64,000 nt of DNA from Octopus sinensis (Eukaryota), in contig NC_042997.1 of NCBI RefSeq assembly GCF_006345805.1, positions 6,076,001 to 6,140,000 of the forward strand, given 5' to 3'. Positions within the stretch are counted from its first letter, which is position 1, and each line of letters starts with the position of its first letter. Under the pieces are notes generated by a model. It was given only the letters and a program-made list of their open reading frames with translations. It was not told the origin of the DNA and ran no database searches. This document shows, piece after piece, positions 1-12,890 of this stretch. The position numbers were made by a program, and so were the translations under genes.

Positions 1-562
1 TGATAAGTATATTTGTTCAAATACTCATAAAGGCATCCGTACACATATATACACTTCTATATGTAGGCTAGTATTATATCCATTTCCCATGGAAAGAGGA
101 AAAATCATGATTATTCAGTCAGGATTTTTCTTGTAAAAGTCTAGCTATATCTTGAGGGAATTAGTAGTATTATAGAAACTAAATTAATGAAATATAATAT
201 CCGTATGATGATTATGCTGTTTTAGATAATCTTTTTCAACATAGAATAAAACAAATGCTAAAAACATACTGAACGGCAAATTTACTTATTACGATGTAAG
301 TTAATCACAATTCATGAAAATTATATAGCTATAATTTTGAAAACCAGGCTGTTTCTCTCCCCTAATATTTATCTATGGCAGTGATAACAACAAGCGTCTG
401 ATTACATTGCCCAGTATTACTGTGCTGCTCTAGAAATGTCAATTTCAATTCAACATTGATAAAGAAGCATGCGCGCTCACGCACACACCCATGTATATGT
501 ATATCTATTTATCTAGATACATATCTACATATACACACACACATATGTGAGTGCATGTTTAT

Positions 563-700
563 ATGGTAAGAAATTTTCTTCCCACCGGTGTGATTCCTGA
601 TTCGGTCTCAATGTGTGGATTTGCTAGATGGAAACCGTAAGAATCCGGTAGTATACATGTGTATTTCTGTATTGTAATAAACACTGCCATGTTGTTTTTT
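563..700 (+). mobile_element. Degenerate tRNA-derived SINE fragment (family B, 'tggtaagaa...ttccc...' head)
   Basis: atggtaagaaattttcttcccacc...gattcggtctcaatgtgtggatttgctagatggaaaccgtaagaatccgg resembles the head seen reversed at 21737-21810 and the family consensus as I recall it. Confidence 0.45.
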
Positions 701-3161
701 GACCAGTGTTTCTGAATACACTTGTCATTATTCGCACTTCATTTAACAAAGGAAAGACATAAAGCAGTTACTGTAAAATCAGTAGTTCATAGTCTGAACA
801 CAAGAAAATTCTTCGCACTATACGTCATCAACCAGCGATGCTAACATTTTCAATATAAATGTTTACTTTATCTATCTATCTGTCAATCCATCTACCTACC
901 AATTTATCTTAATATTTATGGACATGTATGCGCATGGCTATATGTTCGTATGTATGCATGTGCATAAGTATGTTTTTGTTTAGCTGGTCTGTCTAAGAAG
1001 ACGGAGTGTTCGGCTTATCACTCTTCAAAAATGAGAAAAAAACATGCAAATGTCGATGGCTACAAATGGTTTACTTAAATCCAGACACAGTTGTTTGCCT
1101 TGTGATTTGTAATTCCGCGTAACGTGACCTTCCAGATGATTCATGTTGAGTGTTGTTGTAGAAGAAAATACTGTCGATTAATGTAGTCTAAGTCTGTCAA
1201 ATTTGAAGCATTATGTGTTTTCAGAGCGAGAGAGATCTGGTATTAAGTAATGGGAAAACAGTGTGGGAGGATACGTCGAGTTTGAAAGCGTTAAAGTCTG
1301 CAATAAAATCAACACATTTTTTTCGTAAATATATACTATACGCCCACATTTATACGTGGGAGAAAAGATATTGAACTAAACAAAATATATTCTCGTTTGT
1401 ATATAAACACATATATTTTATATGGGTTTATGTGGCAAGTTATAGGATTTGAGATCGTGCGTTGAAACTCAGTCAATTTCAGTGTTGAAGACACATAGTG
1501 GGCATTCAAAAGTTCACAAATAATTTTAACTGCAAATAATACATGTTTAAGTAAATTTAACACTTTGTATGTTTTTCAATGGTTCACATATGCATTTTTG
1601 CTGTAATCGTATACGTGTGTGTAATATGTACGAACGCACATACACGTACATACATTGTGTATCAATATAAATATATATACATGTGTCCGTGTCCGTGTGT
1701 GTGCGTATGGGTCTGTGTGTATGTGTGTAGTGTTGTGTGTGTGTGCGTGTGAATGTGTGTGCGTGTAGTGATGTACAGATATTGTATATCAAGAAGAATT
1801 TTCGATAATCATTTAGCGATTTCAGCAGAACTCCAGATCTGATTGAACAGACGAAAGCTCTTTCATATACATACAGGCATGCACACATACATACACACAT
1901 ACATACATACATACATACATGTGTGTGTGTGTTTAGTATCAAAGTATGTATATACATGTTTGCGTGTGTTGTGCTTGTGTTGCTTGCCTGTGTGTGTGTG
2001 AGGGGGGGCGTGCAAGTGTACATAACATCAGGAAGTACGAAAGGTGAATATATAATTATTAAACGTGAGACTTTCATAGGGTTACAGCTGTTTTGCAACA
2101 TTCCTCATAGAATATTTATTTCAGTGAAGAGTAGATTTCTATACTGAAATTATGGCTTCTTCAAGAAGTTTGCGAAAAGCTTCCAATCCTTTGCATTTCA
2201 CATACACATCACATTCTCTTTATATACTCCTTGTGAAATAAATGCATCTCCCGGATTTTCTACCGTTATAGGTATATGAATACACTGCATTTCTACTAGT
2301 TGTAAGTGATTACTATGTAGATTAAGGGCCAAGTCTGTAAAAGGCCTTCCTCTGCTAGCTTCACGATTTTCTGCATGCATATATACGTACATACATGCAT
2401 CCGTACATACATACAAACATAGGCATGTGTGTGTGCGTGTGTGTGTATGTGTGTGTGTGTCTGTGTATGTGTGTGTCTTTTCACATGTATTAGTGTTTGT
2501 GTGTTCGTATATACGTTCAGACATGAATGTGTCTGCATTGGTGTCTAGTTTGCATATCAGTGGTAAAGTTTTCAACTAATTGCCTAATACTGTGATGCAA
2601 ATGAAACCTCGTGTTTTATATAAACAACGCGTGAGATTCAGAGTACACTTCGTTAATACGTAAGTTTGCAATTTCCCGAATTTATCTTATTATCTTTTTG
2701 ACATTAATTATGATAGTTTGCCAACCAATTCCCAGTAAATCTATTATATATAATAGAGAAAATTTACACGCATACAATTTATTTTGATACTGGAATAAGT
2801 TAATAATCAGTATTAAAGAAAAAAAAAAAGGAATCTACTGCGAGTAAAATAAAACAGATTGTCTGTTCTGGTACACGGATACTAATCCAATTTTCATATT
2901 GCTTCAGTATTTACCGATATCTTTTCATCGTAATCTTCAGTTTTGTGTTATCTTTCGATTGGAATAATGTAAACATTTACAATTCAATTACAGATAAACG
3001 AAAAACGGATTTCAGGCATCACAAATATACCTCATTACAATAAACAAACAAAAGTGAACATGTTTCAATGTGTTCCGTTGTCATCTATTTGATAATATTT
3101 ACATGGTAAAAACATAGATGTGTACACATGTATACAAATAAGAATATGCCCATGCATATGT

Positions 3162-3204
3162 ATATCTATATCTATATCTATATCTCTATCTATCTATCTA
3201 TCTA

Positions 3205-3292
<88 letters not shown>
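3162..3292. repeat. (TCTA)n/(TA)n microsatellite
   Basis: Directly visible simple repeat; source of the poly-YI ORFs at 3120/3128. Confidence 0.95.
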
Positions 3293-3294
<2 letters not shown>

Positions 3295-3449
3295 AACGTC
3301 CATGCACATATGTGCATACACATAGAAATACACACATACAGTTATATACACATGAATAAATATATATGTATATATATATATATGTTTGTGTGTATGTGTG
3401 TGTGGGTGGGTGTGTATATATATATATAAACGTATGTATATCTTTTCAG

Positions 3450-3724
3450 ATTTAGAAGACTGCGAAAGCTGTTAGGACAGGATATAGTCTTCACTGCAGA
3501 TATACCATGGACAATGAAATCGACACAGTATAGTAGGATTGATTATTTTGACGAAACTAAAAACAAAAAAAAAATAGTTCCACTGGATACCCAACTATAT
3601 TTAAAGGAAAACAATTGGATTATATGGCAAAAAAGTTTATCCACAATTGGCTCCTATGTCGTTTTCAATTTTGACCTCATTTGTAACAAATTGTTGCTCG
3701 TGAAATGCCTCTATCCCTATTCAA
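3450..3724 (+). CDS. Candidate internal coding exon, unknown product
   Basis: Acceptor tatcttttcAG (3448-49), stop-free frame FRRLRKLLGQDIVFTADIPW...FDLICNKLLLVKCLYPYS, donor TCAA|GTAAGG at 3725. No family recognised. Confidence 0.2.
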
Positions 3725-4480
3725 GTAAGGCGTACTGTGTTCTTTCGTTCTCCAAATTTCAATAAATAAGTACAAAGCATCTATTGATGAATCTCACTTT
3801 GTTGTTCGCCTTCGTTCTTGAGTATGATATACATGAGATTTAATATGTGGACTATGAAGAATAACGAGTAAATCTCGGATTATAGTATATTCCCTGCTCT
3901 ATTTGTCTTGCTGTCTTATTTTCAATTTCAAATTTTCCCATCTTTGTCATTCCAGGCTTAATGAAATATATTTGAATTATGCACAACATTAGAGCTTACA
4001 TTTATTAACTCTACATCATTTTCTTACAAAAACAAAACGAAAAAAAACGTGTACCTTTCACTATTTTAATATCATTGTAATCTAATTGTTCTATTTATTT
4101 ATTAAACTAAGTTAGTACAAGATTATGTAACTGATGTATTGAACTATTCTTGTTTGTGAAATAGAAATGTCACCACAAATTAAATTTTTTTCGTTATAAT
4201 TTCAAATAGATAATTCATCTGATTAAATAAAATATTTCAATACGTAGATGATCGCTTGATACATGGATGTGAGAGGAGATATTGTGTTTAACTTTGCCCT
4301 TATTCTAGTATCTCCGTTTCAGCTGAACAAACGACCACACGTCAAAATTATTCCAGCCTTTCTCCCTTTATGACTTTATGCAGACATAGCATATATATAT
4401 ATCTAAACATTTTGAAATGGCCTATTTTGTACAAATAATCGTGTGATTAAATGGAGATTCACTTGATATATTACTGGATT

Positions 4481-4740
4481 GTGGAGGCGCAATGGCCTAG
4501 CGGACTCGCGGTCGAAGGATCGTGGTTTCGATTACCAGACCGGGCGCTGTGTGTATTTATTGAGCGAAAACACCTAAAAAGCTCCGGCAGGGCATGGTGA
4601 TGACCCCTGTTGTACTCTTTCGCCACAGCTTTCTCTCATTATCCCTTCCTGTTTTTGAGTAACGCTGCAATGGACTGGCGTCCCGTCCAGCTGGGGGGGG
4701 GGGGCACATACGCCACAGAAACCGGGAAACCGCGCCCATA
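4481..4740 (+). mobile_element. tRNA-derived SINE (family C)
   Basis: Head gtggaggcgcaatggcctag...ggtttcgattacc with Pol III A/B-box-like motifs; body ends gtaacgctgcaatggactggcgtcccgtccag...gaaaccgggaaacc; related head at 58594. Confidence 0.8.
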
Positions 4741-4917
4741 CATCCGTACGTACATACAAACATAGGCGTGTGTGTGACCTTGAAAAGGGCGACGATTATC
4801 GTTACTAGAGGATTATATTTCCTTTGGAGTTCAGATTTTGTTTGCACATAATTGTTTTCAATGTTGCAGCGAAAAATTTAAGACTTCATGATATTTTATT
4901 CATTTTATAATAATAAC

Positions 4918-5114
4918 CTTTCTAATATAGGAACAAGGCCTGAAATTTGGAGGGAGAGGGCCAGTTGAGTAGATCGACTCCAGTACACAACTGGTATTTA
5001 ATTTGTCGACCCCGAAAGGATGAAAGGCAAAGTCGACCTTGGCCGAATTTAAACTGTGAACGTAAATGCTATGCATTTCGCTCGGCGTGCTAATCATTCG
5101 GCCAGATTGCCGCC
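4918..5114 (-). mobile_element. tRNA-derived SINE (family A)
   Basis: Reverse complement reads ggcggcaatctggccgaatgattagcacgccgagcgaaatgc...gtcgactttgcctttcatcctttcggggtcgacaaattaaataccagttg, matching copies at 21468, 44051 and 57546. Confidence 0.85.
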
Positions 5115-6099
5115 TTTATTTATTGCATAATAATAAACCAATTTTGTGCATCGCAAATAAAACAGTAATAGCCAATAAAAACAAGTGTATATAATAGCGT
5201 GTTGAAACGGAAAAAATATTCGCTTAGTTAGTTTATTCAGCAGCAAGGATATTGTCATTAAATTTAATATCTTTTTTATGTCACATAAATGGTTTCAGTA
5301 AAATATATTTATGAAAATATGCACAATAAACGAGAGATGTTTCATAGTTTACAGGATTATATGCCGATATAAAGAAAATGTAAATAAGGAGGATTAATTA
5401 ACTGTGAAATGAATGAAGAATACGTGTAAGTATAAAGGCATGATAAAAATATTAATTATTCTCAAAACACTATGCGTTAATTAAAGCAAAGACAGCTAAA
5501 TCAGTAATTTTAATAAAAACAAAACATGGATTAAAATATTATTAAATAAATTTCCTATTCTCCTTTAATCTTAGAATGCACAAGTAAATAATAAATGGTC
5601 AGACCTATCTAACACGTATTTCCCTAAGTAGCACATTCAAATTTTATATATATTTTCCTTTCATTTAGCAATATATTTCACATATGTTGTCTCTAATGTA
5701 TGCACTATTTGCAAAATATGCACTGTTTGTACAGCTATTCGGGCTTGTGGGTATTTGTGATAGGCATTGTACAGTTTCTTCAGTGGGCAAAGCCCAAATT
5801 TCTTTAACGTTCCTTAACAGTCAATAAGTAAAATACAAGCTTAAGAAGTTGGATTTTCGGAAGGATTAGAGTGTTTATAGGAAACTTTAAAGTATCTATT
5901 TCGGTTTTTCATATTTTGAGTTCATAATCCAATCGTAACTATATTTATAATGAAATAACAAGAGCCACATGGTTAAATGACACCAAAAACAACGCTCTAA
6001 AAACATATAGCTGTTTGTTAAAATGACCCAATATATGGGCACAAAAAAGGATCAATAGCGACGATAATCATAATAATATTGTTATCTACGAAAATTGTT

Positions 6100-6228
6100 A
6101 TCACGCTTCGCGGCATTTCTTCCGGCCTTACGGTTTGAGTTCAAAATTCTGCCGACGTCGACATATAGTTTCGTCCTCTCAAAAGAATTCCCAGTTGAAA
6201 ACTGGGGCCTTGTCCCCAAAATTGCAAT
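6100..6228 (+). mobile_element. Degenerate SINE family A fragment
   Basis: gcttcgcggcatttc...tttgagttcaaaattctgccgacgtcgac...ccagttgaaaactgggg aligns by eye with family A. Confidence 0.55.
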
Positions 6229-7008
6229 CTTTTTAATTATTATTATAGAATGATGGTAATGATAATTATTATGATTCTATTCAAATCCAACAAAAGAAAA
6301 AAAAGTCTTCGCATTCTACGTTAGTAATGTGTGTGTGTAAATTCGTAGGGTTAGTGTCTACTAATATGTAATACTCTTTTGTTTTTGTGCGTCACAAGAG
6401 ATGAACTACGAAGGAAGGGTTGATAACATACTGAACGGCGTGTGTGGGTTTATATGTATTGCGAATTGGCTACACGCATTGGCTATTATAATTATGTGAA
6501 GATTTATGTGTGTATCTGTGTAAAATATATTGATATATCCACCGTTGGAAGTGGAATGGTGAAAATTCAACGGTGAAAAAGAAAATCAAACAGCACTTCA
6601 AATATGTGTTAGTATATATGTGTGTGCGTGTAAAAGGGAGGCATGTGAATGTATGTCGTGTATGTGTGGGTGTTTGTGTAAAATATATTTATATATTATA
6701 TTTGAGTGAGTCTATATGAGATTATGTATGTTTATTTAGAAAGATACAAAGAAAATAGATTTCCAGACACGGGTATTTTTACATGCATATATATAAACAG
6801 ACGCGCATACATAAAAAGGAAGGCGATTGTGATAAAGTATAGAAACCACATTCGCTGCAGACTGTGCTACTCATGCATATAAATCTATACATATGCACAC
6901 AAGGACACACACACACACACACATACACACACATACTCACACAGAGTTGAAAAGTTGTTTGATTCTGTCTTCCCCGTTCTGCATCCTTTATATATATATA
7001 TAATACTA

Positions 7009-7142
7009 CAGGGTGATTCAAAAGTCGCCAGACATAAGAGCAATTTATTTTTTATACGAAGCAGTTTTTTAAAATTTCATTTGACTGTTTCTTATAAAAA
7101 AAATAAATTCTTCCTATTTATGGTGATTTTTGAATCACTCTG
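7009..7142. mobile_element. 134-bp Tc1/mariner-type MITE
   Basis: TIRs cagggtgattcaaaagtcgcca (7009-7030) and tggtgatttttgaatcactctg (7121-7142; 19/22 matches to the reverse complement), with TA on both sides (7007-08, 7143-44). Confidence 0.85.
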
Positions 7143-7699
7143 TACAATTAGCCGTCAGTTTTGACTGCACGGTATCTGCTAGTAGATCATTAATTTTTAA
7201 GTAGATTAAGGATAGTAAAGGAGTGACTAACTACTGAAATTATCATTGTGTAAGATTATAAAATTCATTTTGATTGCAATGCAGTTTTGTTGGAAGGTTT
7301 ATTCATTGAATAAAATGCATAACTTAACTATGTAGTTGATAGGTCGCTATATGTAACTTCACGCAATAAAGTCTTCCCTGACGATGTTTTGGTTAAGTTT
7401 CTAAATGCACTTGAAACAACCTATCAATTTTCAAAACAATCTCGATCCTGAATCGCGCGTAGAAACTATGATGTAAAGTTGTGTTTATCCCTATTTGGCC
7501 AAGGTTTGATGTGTAATTATCAACTAATAATACTACACTATATAGAAGTTACTTAAATCCTACACTGAAGGCAGACTGGATTGCGATAATGGATGTAGAG
7601 CTCGAAATATAAAAGTCGTCCCGTACATCCATTTCTACGCACCATTTCCTCTCTATCTATCTGTCTATCGTTCCAGGTCTCAATGCACAGAAGTTCAAA

Positions 7700-8200
7700 A
7701 ATGGAATGATTAAATGTGCAGAGCAAAGTATATTAGAGTGAGGACTGGGGTAGGGATTGTTACAGGGAATGGTATGAGAAGAAGAGACTGTTAAAGGTGG
7801 GTGAGTGGTTAATAATGATGCTACTAAGGTGGTAGCAGTAGTTAAGGTGGAAAGTAGGAAGATAAATCGGTGGGTGGGCTAGATAGTGTATATATGATTG
7901 TGTATTGTATTGTGTTTGCAAAAATTGTGGGATGAAATGAATAGAATTATTGGTTGAGATCGTGGGATAAGAACTGATTTTTATGTGAGGGAAGAAAAGT
8001 GTCTAGTTCAGTGCAGAGGGGGATTACAAAAGTTTGTCGAAAGGTATGAGAGAAGAAAGAGGGCGTGGAAAGACTGGGGTGGTGGTGGTGTTGGTCAAGG
8101 TAGCAGTGTTTAGTGGAATAATGAATGTCGGTTTGTAATAGAGCGGGTGTACAGTGCAATGTAAAGGTATACGAAATTGAATAGAGGGGGGTGAATAGAG
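7700..8200 (-). mobile_element. Highly decayed Penelope-like element, RT C-terminal/linker fragment
   Basis: Minus strand gives LQTDIHY..KHCYLD.HHHHP, then frameshifted IPFDKLL / PLCTELDTF and PTFHLN...LSSIII, resembling the PLE RT thumb (TxIHYKPTDSHxYLxxxSxHP...IPxSQFLRLRRxCS) and linker. Confidence 0.5.
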
Positions 8201-8249
8201 AGTGAGGAGGGGGTTGACATGTTAGTATCCAAATAATTCACTATTACCA

Positions 8250-9505
8250 GTTACAGTGTGTGCGTACGTGCAGATGTCGGATAAAGTGTGTGTGTGTGTA
8301 TGAAGTTGGTGTGTGTGTGATCTGCGTTTGAGCATGTATGTGTGTCAGGGTCCCTGTTTTTGTGTGAGAGGCCATCAGACGTAGATAGTTGTGTTGTGGA
8401 GGATGCTTGGAGTTTGAAGGTGGAATAGGGGTGAACGCAGGTGTTAGAGGATTGTGTGTGTATAGTGGGGGGAGTGTGAGTGTGTTCAGGTGTGCCTAGT
8501 TGGAACGGTATGAGTACTGGATTAACAGAGTACAAGCATGTGGGAGTTAAGAATGAGGGGAAGTGGAAGTTGTGACGTGTGTGGTGTATATAGGGGTAGG
8601 CTTGATGAAAAGAAGTGACTATTTATGACTATTAGTAGCAGAGGAAATAATAAAGAAAATCATGCTTTGCCCTGGGTGGGGCGGGGTGGGATACCAGGTG
8701 GCTTCTGTGCAAGTTCACTCCGAAAAAAGACAGATGTAGCGAAAGACCGGTCGAGCGGAAATAACGTGAGACGAAGGTGTCAGAGCCGAGTTTGATGTCC
8801 CGCTGATATTAGGCGATCCGGTCGGCTAAACACCGTACCAACTCACTAGTGTACAGGGAAAGGCAAAGAGAGCGGGAGATACAGTAGATAACATTGCTGG
8901 AAGCATAGATGAGTCAATCAGTGATGTTATAGGGGTGGTGGTGGGATAGTACTGTTGAATAGATAGAATAGATAGCGGCAGGTGCGACGGCATGGACAAG
9001 AGCAAGAAAAGGATCCAAGTTGCGTGCGAGGTGTGAGGAAGAAACTGGGGAGCAGGGTCACGTTGTTTGTGAACGCGTTTGAAGAAGAGAAGTCTGGGTT
9101 AAGAGAGATGCAGGAAATAGAGGGGTTGGATTGGAATCAGCAAGTGGCTCAGAAAAATGTTCGTTAGAGGGATAGTGTGAAGTGTGGTAGATGAAAGGGA
9201 AAGGGAGATGAGTAAGGGTGTGCCCGGTAAGAGGAGAAAAAGACGAAGTACGGCCGAAGGCTGTTTGTTACAGTGAAGAAGTTTCTATGAAGATTAAGTT
9301 GGTGAAGTATGATTTGGGAATGTTTCATGAAGCCAAAGGCGTTGCAGAGCCGGCAGAGACGTAGAAACTGGGAGTAGGGGAAGGATAGTCTGGTGTAGGT
9401 ATGAGGGAGGAGGAGAAGTAGAGGTAGACGTGTGAGTCTGTTTGTTTATAAATGATGAAGTGGTGGAAGCTAACAGCTATGCCGAGAAGATTGATGGAGG
9501 TTTTT
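8250..9505 (-). mobile_element. 5'-truncated Penelope-like element: RT C-terminus, GIY-YIG endonuclease and CA-rich 3' region (pseudogenised)
   Basis: Minus-strand translation with frameshifts: TSINLLGIAVS..IYKQTDSHVYLYFSSS / HTYTRLSFPYSQFLRLCRLC (about 9500-9330); PFPFIYH, FQSNPS, FKRVHKQRD, GSFSCSCPCRRTCRYL linker; SSNVIYCISRSLCLSLYTSELVRCLADRIA*YQRDIKLGSDTFVSRYFRS (GIY-YIG, about 8900-8720). Confidence 0.85.
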
Positions 9506-9611
9506 AAGACAGTATGTGTGTGTGTTGTATTATAATATTATTCAGACAAGAAAGTAATACGATACATATTCGACACTTCTAAAAGCAAAATAAAACATTG
9601 TATATATATAG

Positions 9612-9803
9612 TTAATCCAAGCATAAAAACACAAAGAGAAAACACAACAACGCGAGGACGTGGAACAAATATAATGTTATTGGACCCTCAGGAAGGCATA
9701 TATATATAGGCTCGAAACGTAAAAGACTTGTTCTATTTATATTCCTGAGCGCCATACTAATACAATTGTTTGTTTGTATTCCACCTGCCTTATAAAGCTT
9801 CCC
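9612..9803. mobile_element. Two fused PLE terminal (pLTR-like) fragments in opposite orientation
   Basis: 9612-9697 matches 41541-41620 (aatccaa...aacgcgaggacgtggaac...attggac.ctcaggaa). 9708-9803 (ggctcgaaacgtaaaagac...aatac..tgtttgt..ccacctg) matches the reverse complement of 25131-25225. Confidence 0.65.
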
Positions 9804-9804
9804 G

Positions 9805-9805
<1 letters not shown>

Positions 9806-9876
<71 letters not shown>

Positions 9877-9881
9877 ATATA
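9806..9881. repeat. (TA)n microsatellite
   Basis: Directly visible. Confidence 0.95.
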
Positions 9882-10029
9882 TATGTATGGTGTGATGCGT
9901 AAATTCTTCCCTTTCATTTTCTTAGTTTTGCGCACCGTCGTTGATTATTTTTGATTGTGTTGTCTGAACAATATAGTAGATTCAGTCGGGCACTAGCTGT
10001 GAGAAAAACAGCACCATGAGGCAATTACC

Positions 10030-10778
10030 TCTGCCAGAAATTTAGAAACGACATGCTACACTGCATGGCATTCGCGCTTGAAGCTCCAGCACGAACATTT
10101 CATAGAGTCTAAGGAATGTGCAATCTGTGGACAGTGCAATCTGAGCATATGTACCGAGACTAATAAAAATCAAAGAAACGACAACATCATGGTGCTTGGA
10201 GTGATCACTAGTGATGTTGACATTATGCTCCCTTTCATCTTCCCACACAACCTCAGGCTCAACACGGACACCTGTCAAGTACATGGAGGAGTTAGTGCTG
10301 CCCTGAGTCAAGAGGGCGGCTACTGGAAGACCCTAAATCTGGTAACAGGACTCTGAACCATGTCACCCAAAAAAGAGAGACCATTCCTGGCTATCAGACA
10401 ATTTCTGCAACGACATCTTCCCTAACATCTGGCCAACTAACTCCCAAGTCTGCAACGCCACTGTTTATTATGTGTAGGGTACATTTGAGCGAGTGAGAAA
10501 CAAAACTCCTTATAATACCAAAGATGAACTGAAGGCAAGGGTCATGGTAGCATTCATGAACTTAAATACGGAGATCATCCAGAAAAGTTGCAAGATTTTC
10601 CCTAGTCGCCTGGAGTCCATGTTTGAAGCATTGGTGATTTTATTTAATAAAAATTTAATCATTATTTTTTCAAAATATTTTGCATATAATTTTGGTAAAT
10701 ATTTCTGTTAAAATGAGATGTTAGTGGAATTTTTGTTTTTGCGTAATTTACACGATAGTTTATTCACTGTACCATGTA
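10030..10778 (+). mobile_element. Tc1/mariner superfamily transposase fossil, maT/DD37D-like
   Basis: MVLGVITSDVDIMLPFIFPHNLRLNT then W*QDSEPCH...WLSDNFCNDIFPNIWPTNSQVCNATVYYV*G...KTPYNTKDELKARVMVAF...SRLESMFEA. Spacing from QD to the degenerate NPLD-equivalent position is 37 aa. Multiple stops and frameshifts. Confidence 0.8.
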
Positions 10779-10784
10779 TATATG

Positions 10785-11099
10785 CATGGTTCTGGAGTAA
10801 GTCCCACTGTTTAGTACCTTGGGCAAAAGTTTTCTACTAGAGCCTCGAGCTATGTGTGTGTGCGCCTGAGAGAGGGAGAGCGAGAGAGAGCCTGTGTTTG
10901 TCTCCCACAACATCATTTGACAACCGTTGCGGGTCTTTTCGTTCCCGTAACCAAGTGGTTCTGCAAAGGAGATCGATAGATTATGTACTGGTCTTACAAA
11001 GAATAAATCCTGTTAAGGGAACGATTTGCACGATTAAAGGCGGTGCACCAGCATAGTCGCAGTTAAATAACTGAAACAAGTGAAAGAATAAAAGAATGC
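10785..11099 (+). mobile_element. tRNA-derived SINE (family B) with internal (TG)/(GA) run
   Basis: catggttctggagtaagtcccactg...accttgggcaa...gtttgtctcccacaacatcatttgacaaccg...aaaggcggtgcaccagcatagtcgcagttaaataactgaaacaagtgaaagaataaaagaat (tandem tail). Confidence 0.8.
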
Positions 11100-12466
11100 A
11101 AAGATAAATATACAGAGAACAGATATAGATTGATAGATGCACATAAACGCACACAGATTGCCATATGTCCGCTTACTTGTGAATGGTGTATCTATGCATA
11201 CATGTAGGTATGTATACGGGTAGTTTGTTACTGTAGTATAACTTGGTGTTGATCATTTGTTTAAACGCCTGATATTAAATTTAATGTATATTCTATCCTC
11301 TGAAGTGTTTGTCTTAGGGATATTGAAAGTATTTAGACTATTGTTTAATTCACTGTCTTCATTACTGGTATGATTTACGGATCTTGAGATAGTAATGAAT
11401 AGTACAATAATGTCTATCTGTCGTAAGCTGTTTGTATTTGAAGAAACTAGGATTAATCTATGTTGGTAGGTGGATAAATCGTGATTAGATAGAATATACT
11501 CATAGAAAAATAAATGTTAAACTACAGATTAAGATAATCTTATTATGATAAACTTACATTACAATATATCGTTCACAGTTAAATATGTGATGCTTTCAAA
11601 TCAGAAAAATATAACTGTCAACATAAAATGATAAAGTCGAATTTTCATCAACATAATTTAATACGGGGAATAAATTATGCGTTTCAGTATTAAACAGATT
11701 TCTTTTTAAAGTTGCCAGCGGACATCTATATGAAATGCAATTCATATTTCCACATACTTGATTATGTTGGTAATAAATATTCAAAGCTGATTTTTTTACT
11801 ATAGCACAAATGCATTTCATTATCAGAGGTTGACCATAATCAAATGGCTCATATAAAATCTCCATTGTATTCTCTAAAATTCCTGAAATGTCGTAGATGG
11901 ACTGCTATGAGAACAGGAATATCTTTGAAAATTTCAAATTGTGAGTGCGTGTGTATGTGTAAATATAACGAATATACATACACTTTCTATAATATAACAC
12001 AGAATCTACAGATTAATAAATGTAGTTAATAACACTTTAAGATGTAAATTATGATGATTATAGATAGTCAAAAGCATACATTTCTTTGAATCAATAAATA
12101 TATGCAAAACAAAAAAGAAGAAAAGCAAATCGCTGATACCGTGTTATTGACAATATGTTGTTCATCGCGAGACGTACTAGAAATGTAAAATGTGAAATGA
12201 ATATATTTACAGCACGAATCTAAATCAAGAGATGAATGCCTAAGACAAAATAGCTGCTCAAATAAAGTGGGCAGATTTACATTAAAGCTGACCAAACAGA
12301 AACGAGCAGCATATGTAATTGATTGGCAATAGTTGATAGAATTACAGAAGTGCCGACGTTAGAAGTCACGAGTTGCTGTAATTGAGAACAAACACTTGAT
12401 GTGTGGCGAGGCAATACGTAACGTTAGAGGAAACAACAAATGGAACTATATTTAAATTTCAAAAGC

Positions 12467-12468
12467 AT

Positions 12469-12507
<39 letters not shown>

Positions 12508-12634
12508 GATATGATGAAAATAATATTGATGATCCTCATGATAATGACAACGACGATGTAGACCCTGACGAAGATGAGAATATTGTGATAATGACGACGA
12601 TGAAAAATGGTGATGACAGTAGTAGTAGTAGTAA

Positions 12635-12715
<81 letters not shown>

Positions 12716-12847
12716 TAGTAGTAGCAGCAGCAGCAGCTGCTGCAGCAGTAGTGGTAGTAGTAGTAGTAGTAGTGGTGGCAGTAGTAGTAGTAGTAGTAGT
12801 AGAATTGGTGGTAGTGGTGATGGTGGTGGTAGTAATAGTAGTAGTGA

Positions 12848-12890
<43 letters not shown>

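Noticed and set aside
4481-4550. tRNA genes at SINE heads (also 21737-21810)
   Set aside because: A/B boxes are present but there is no complete cloverleaf, and the sequences continue into SINE bodies.
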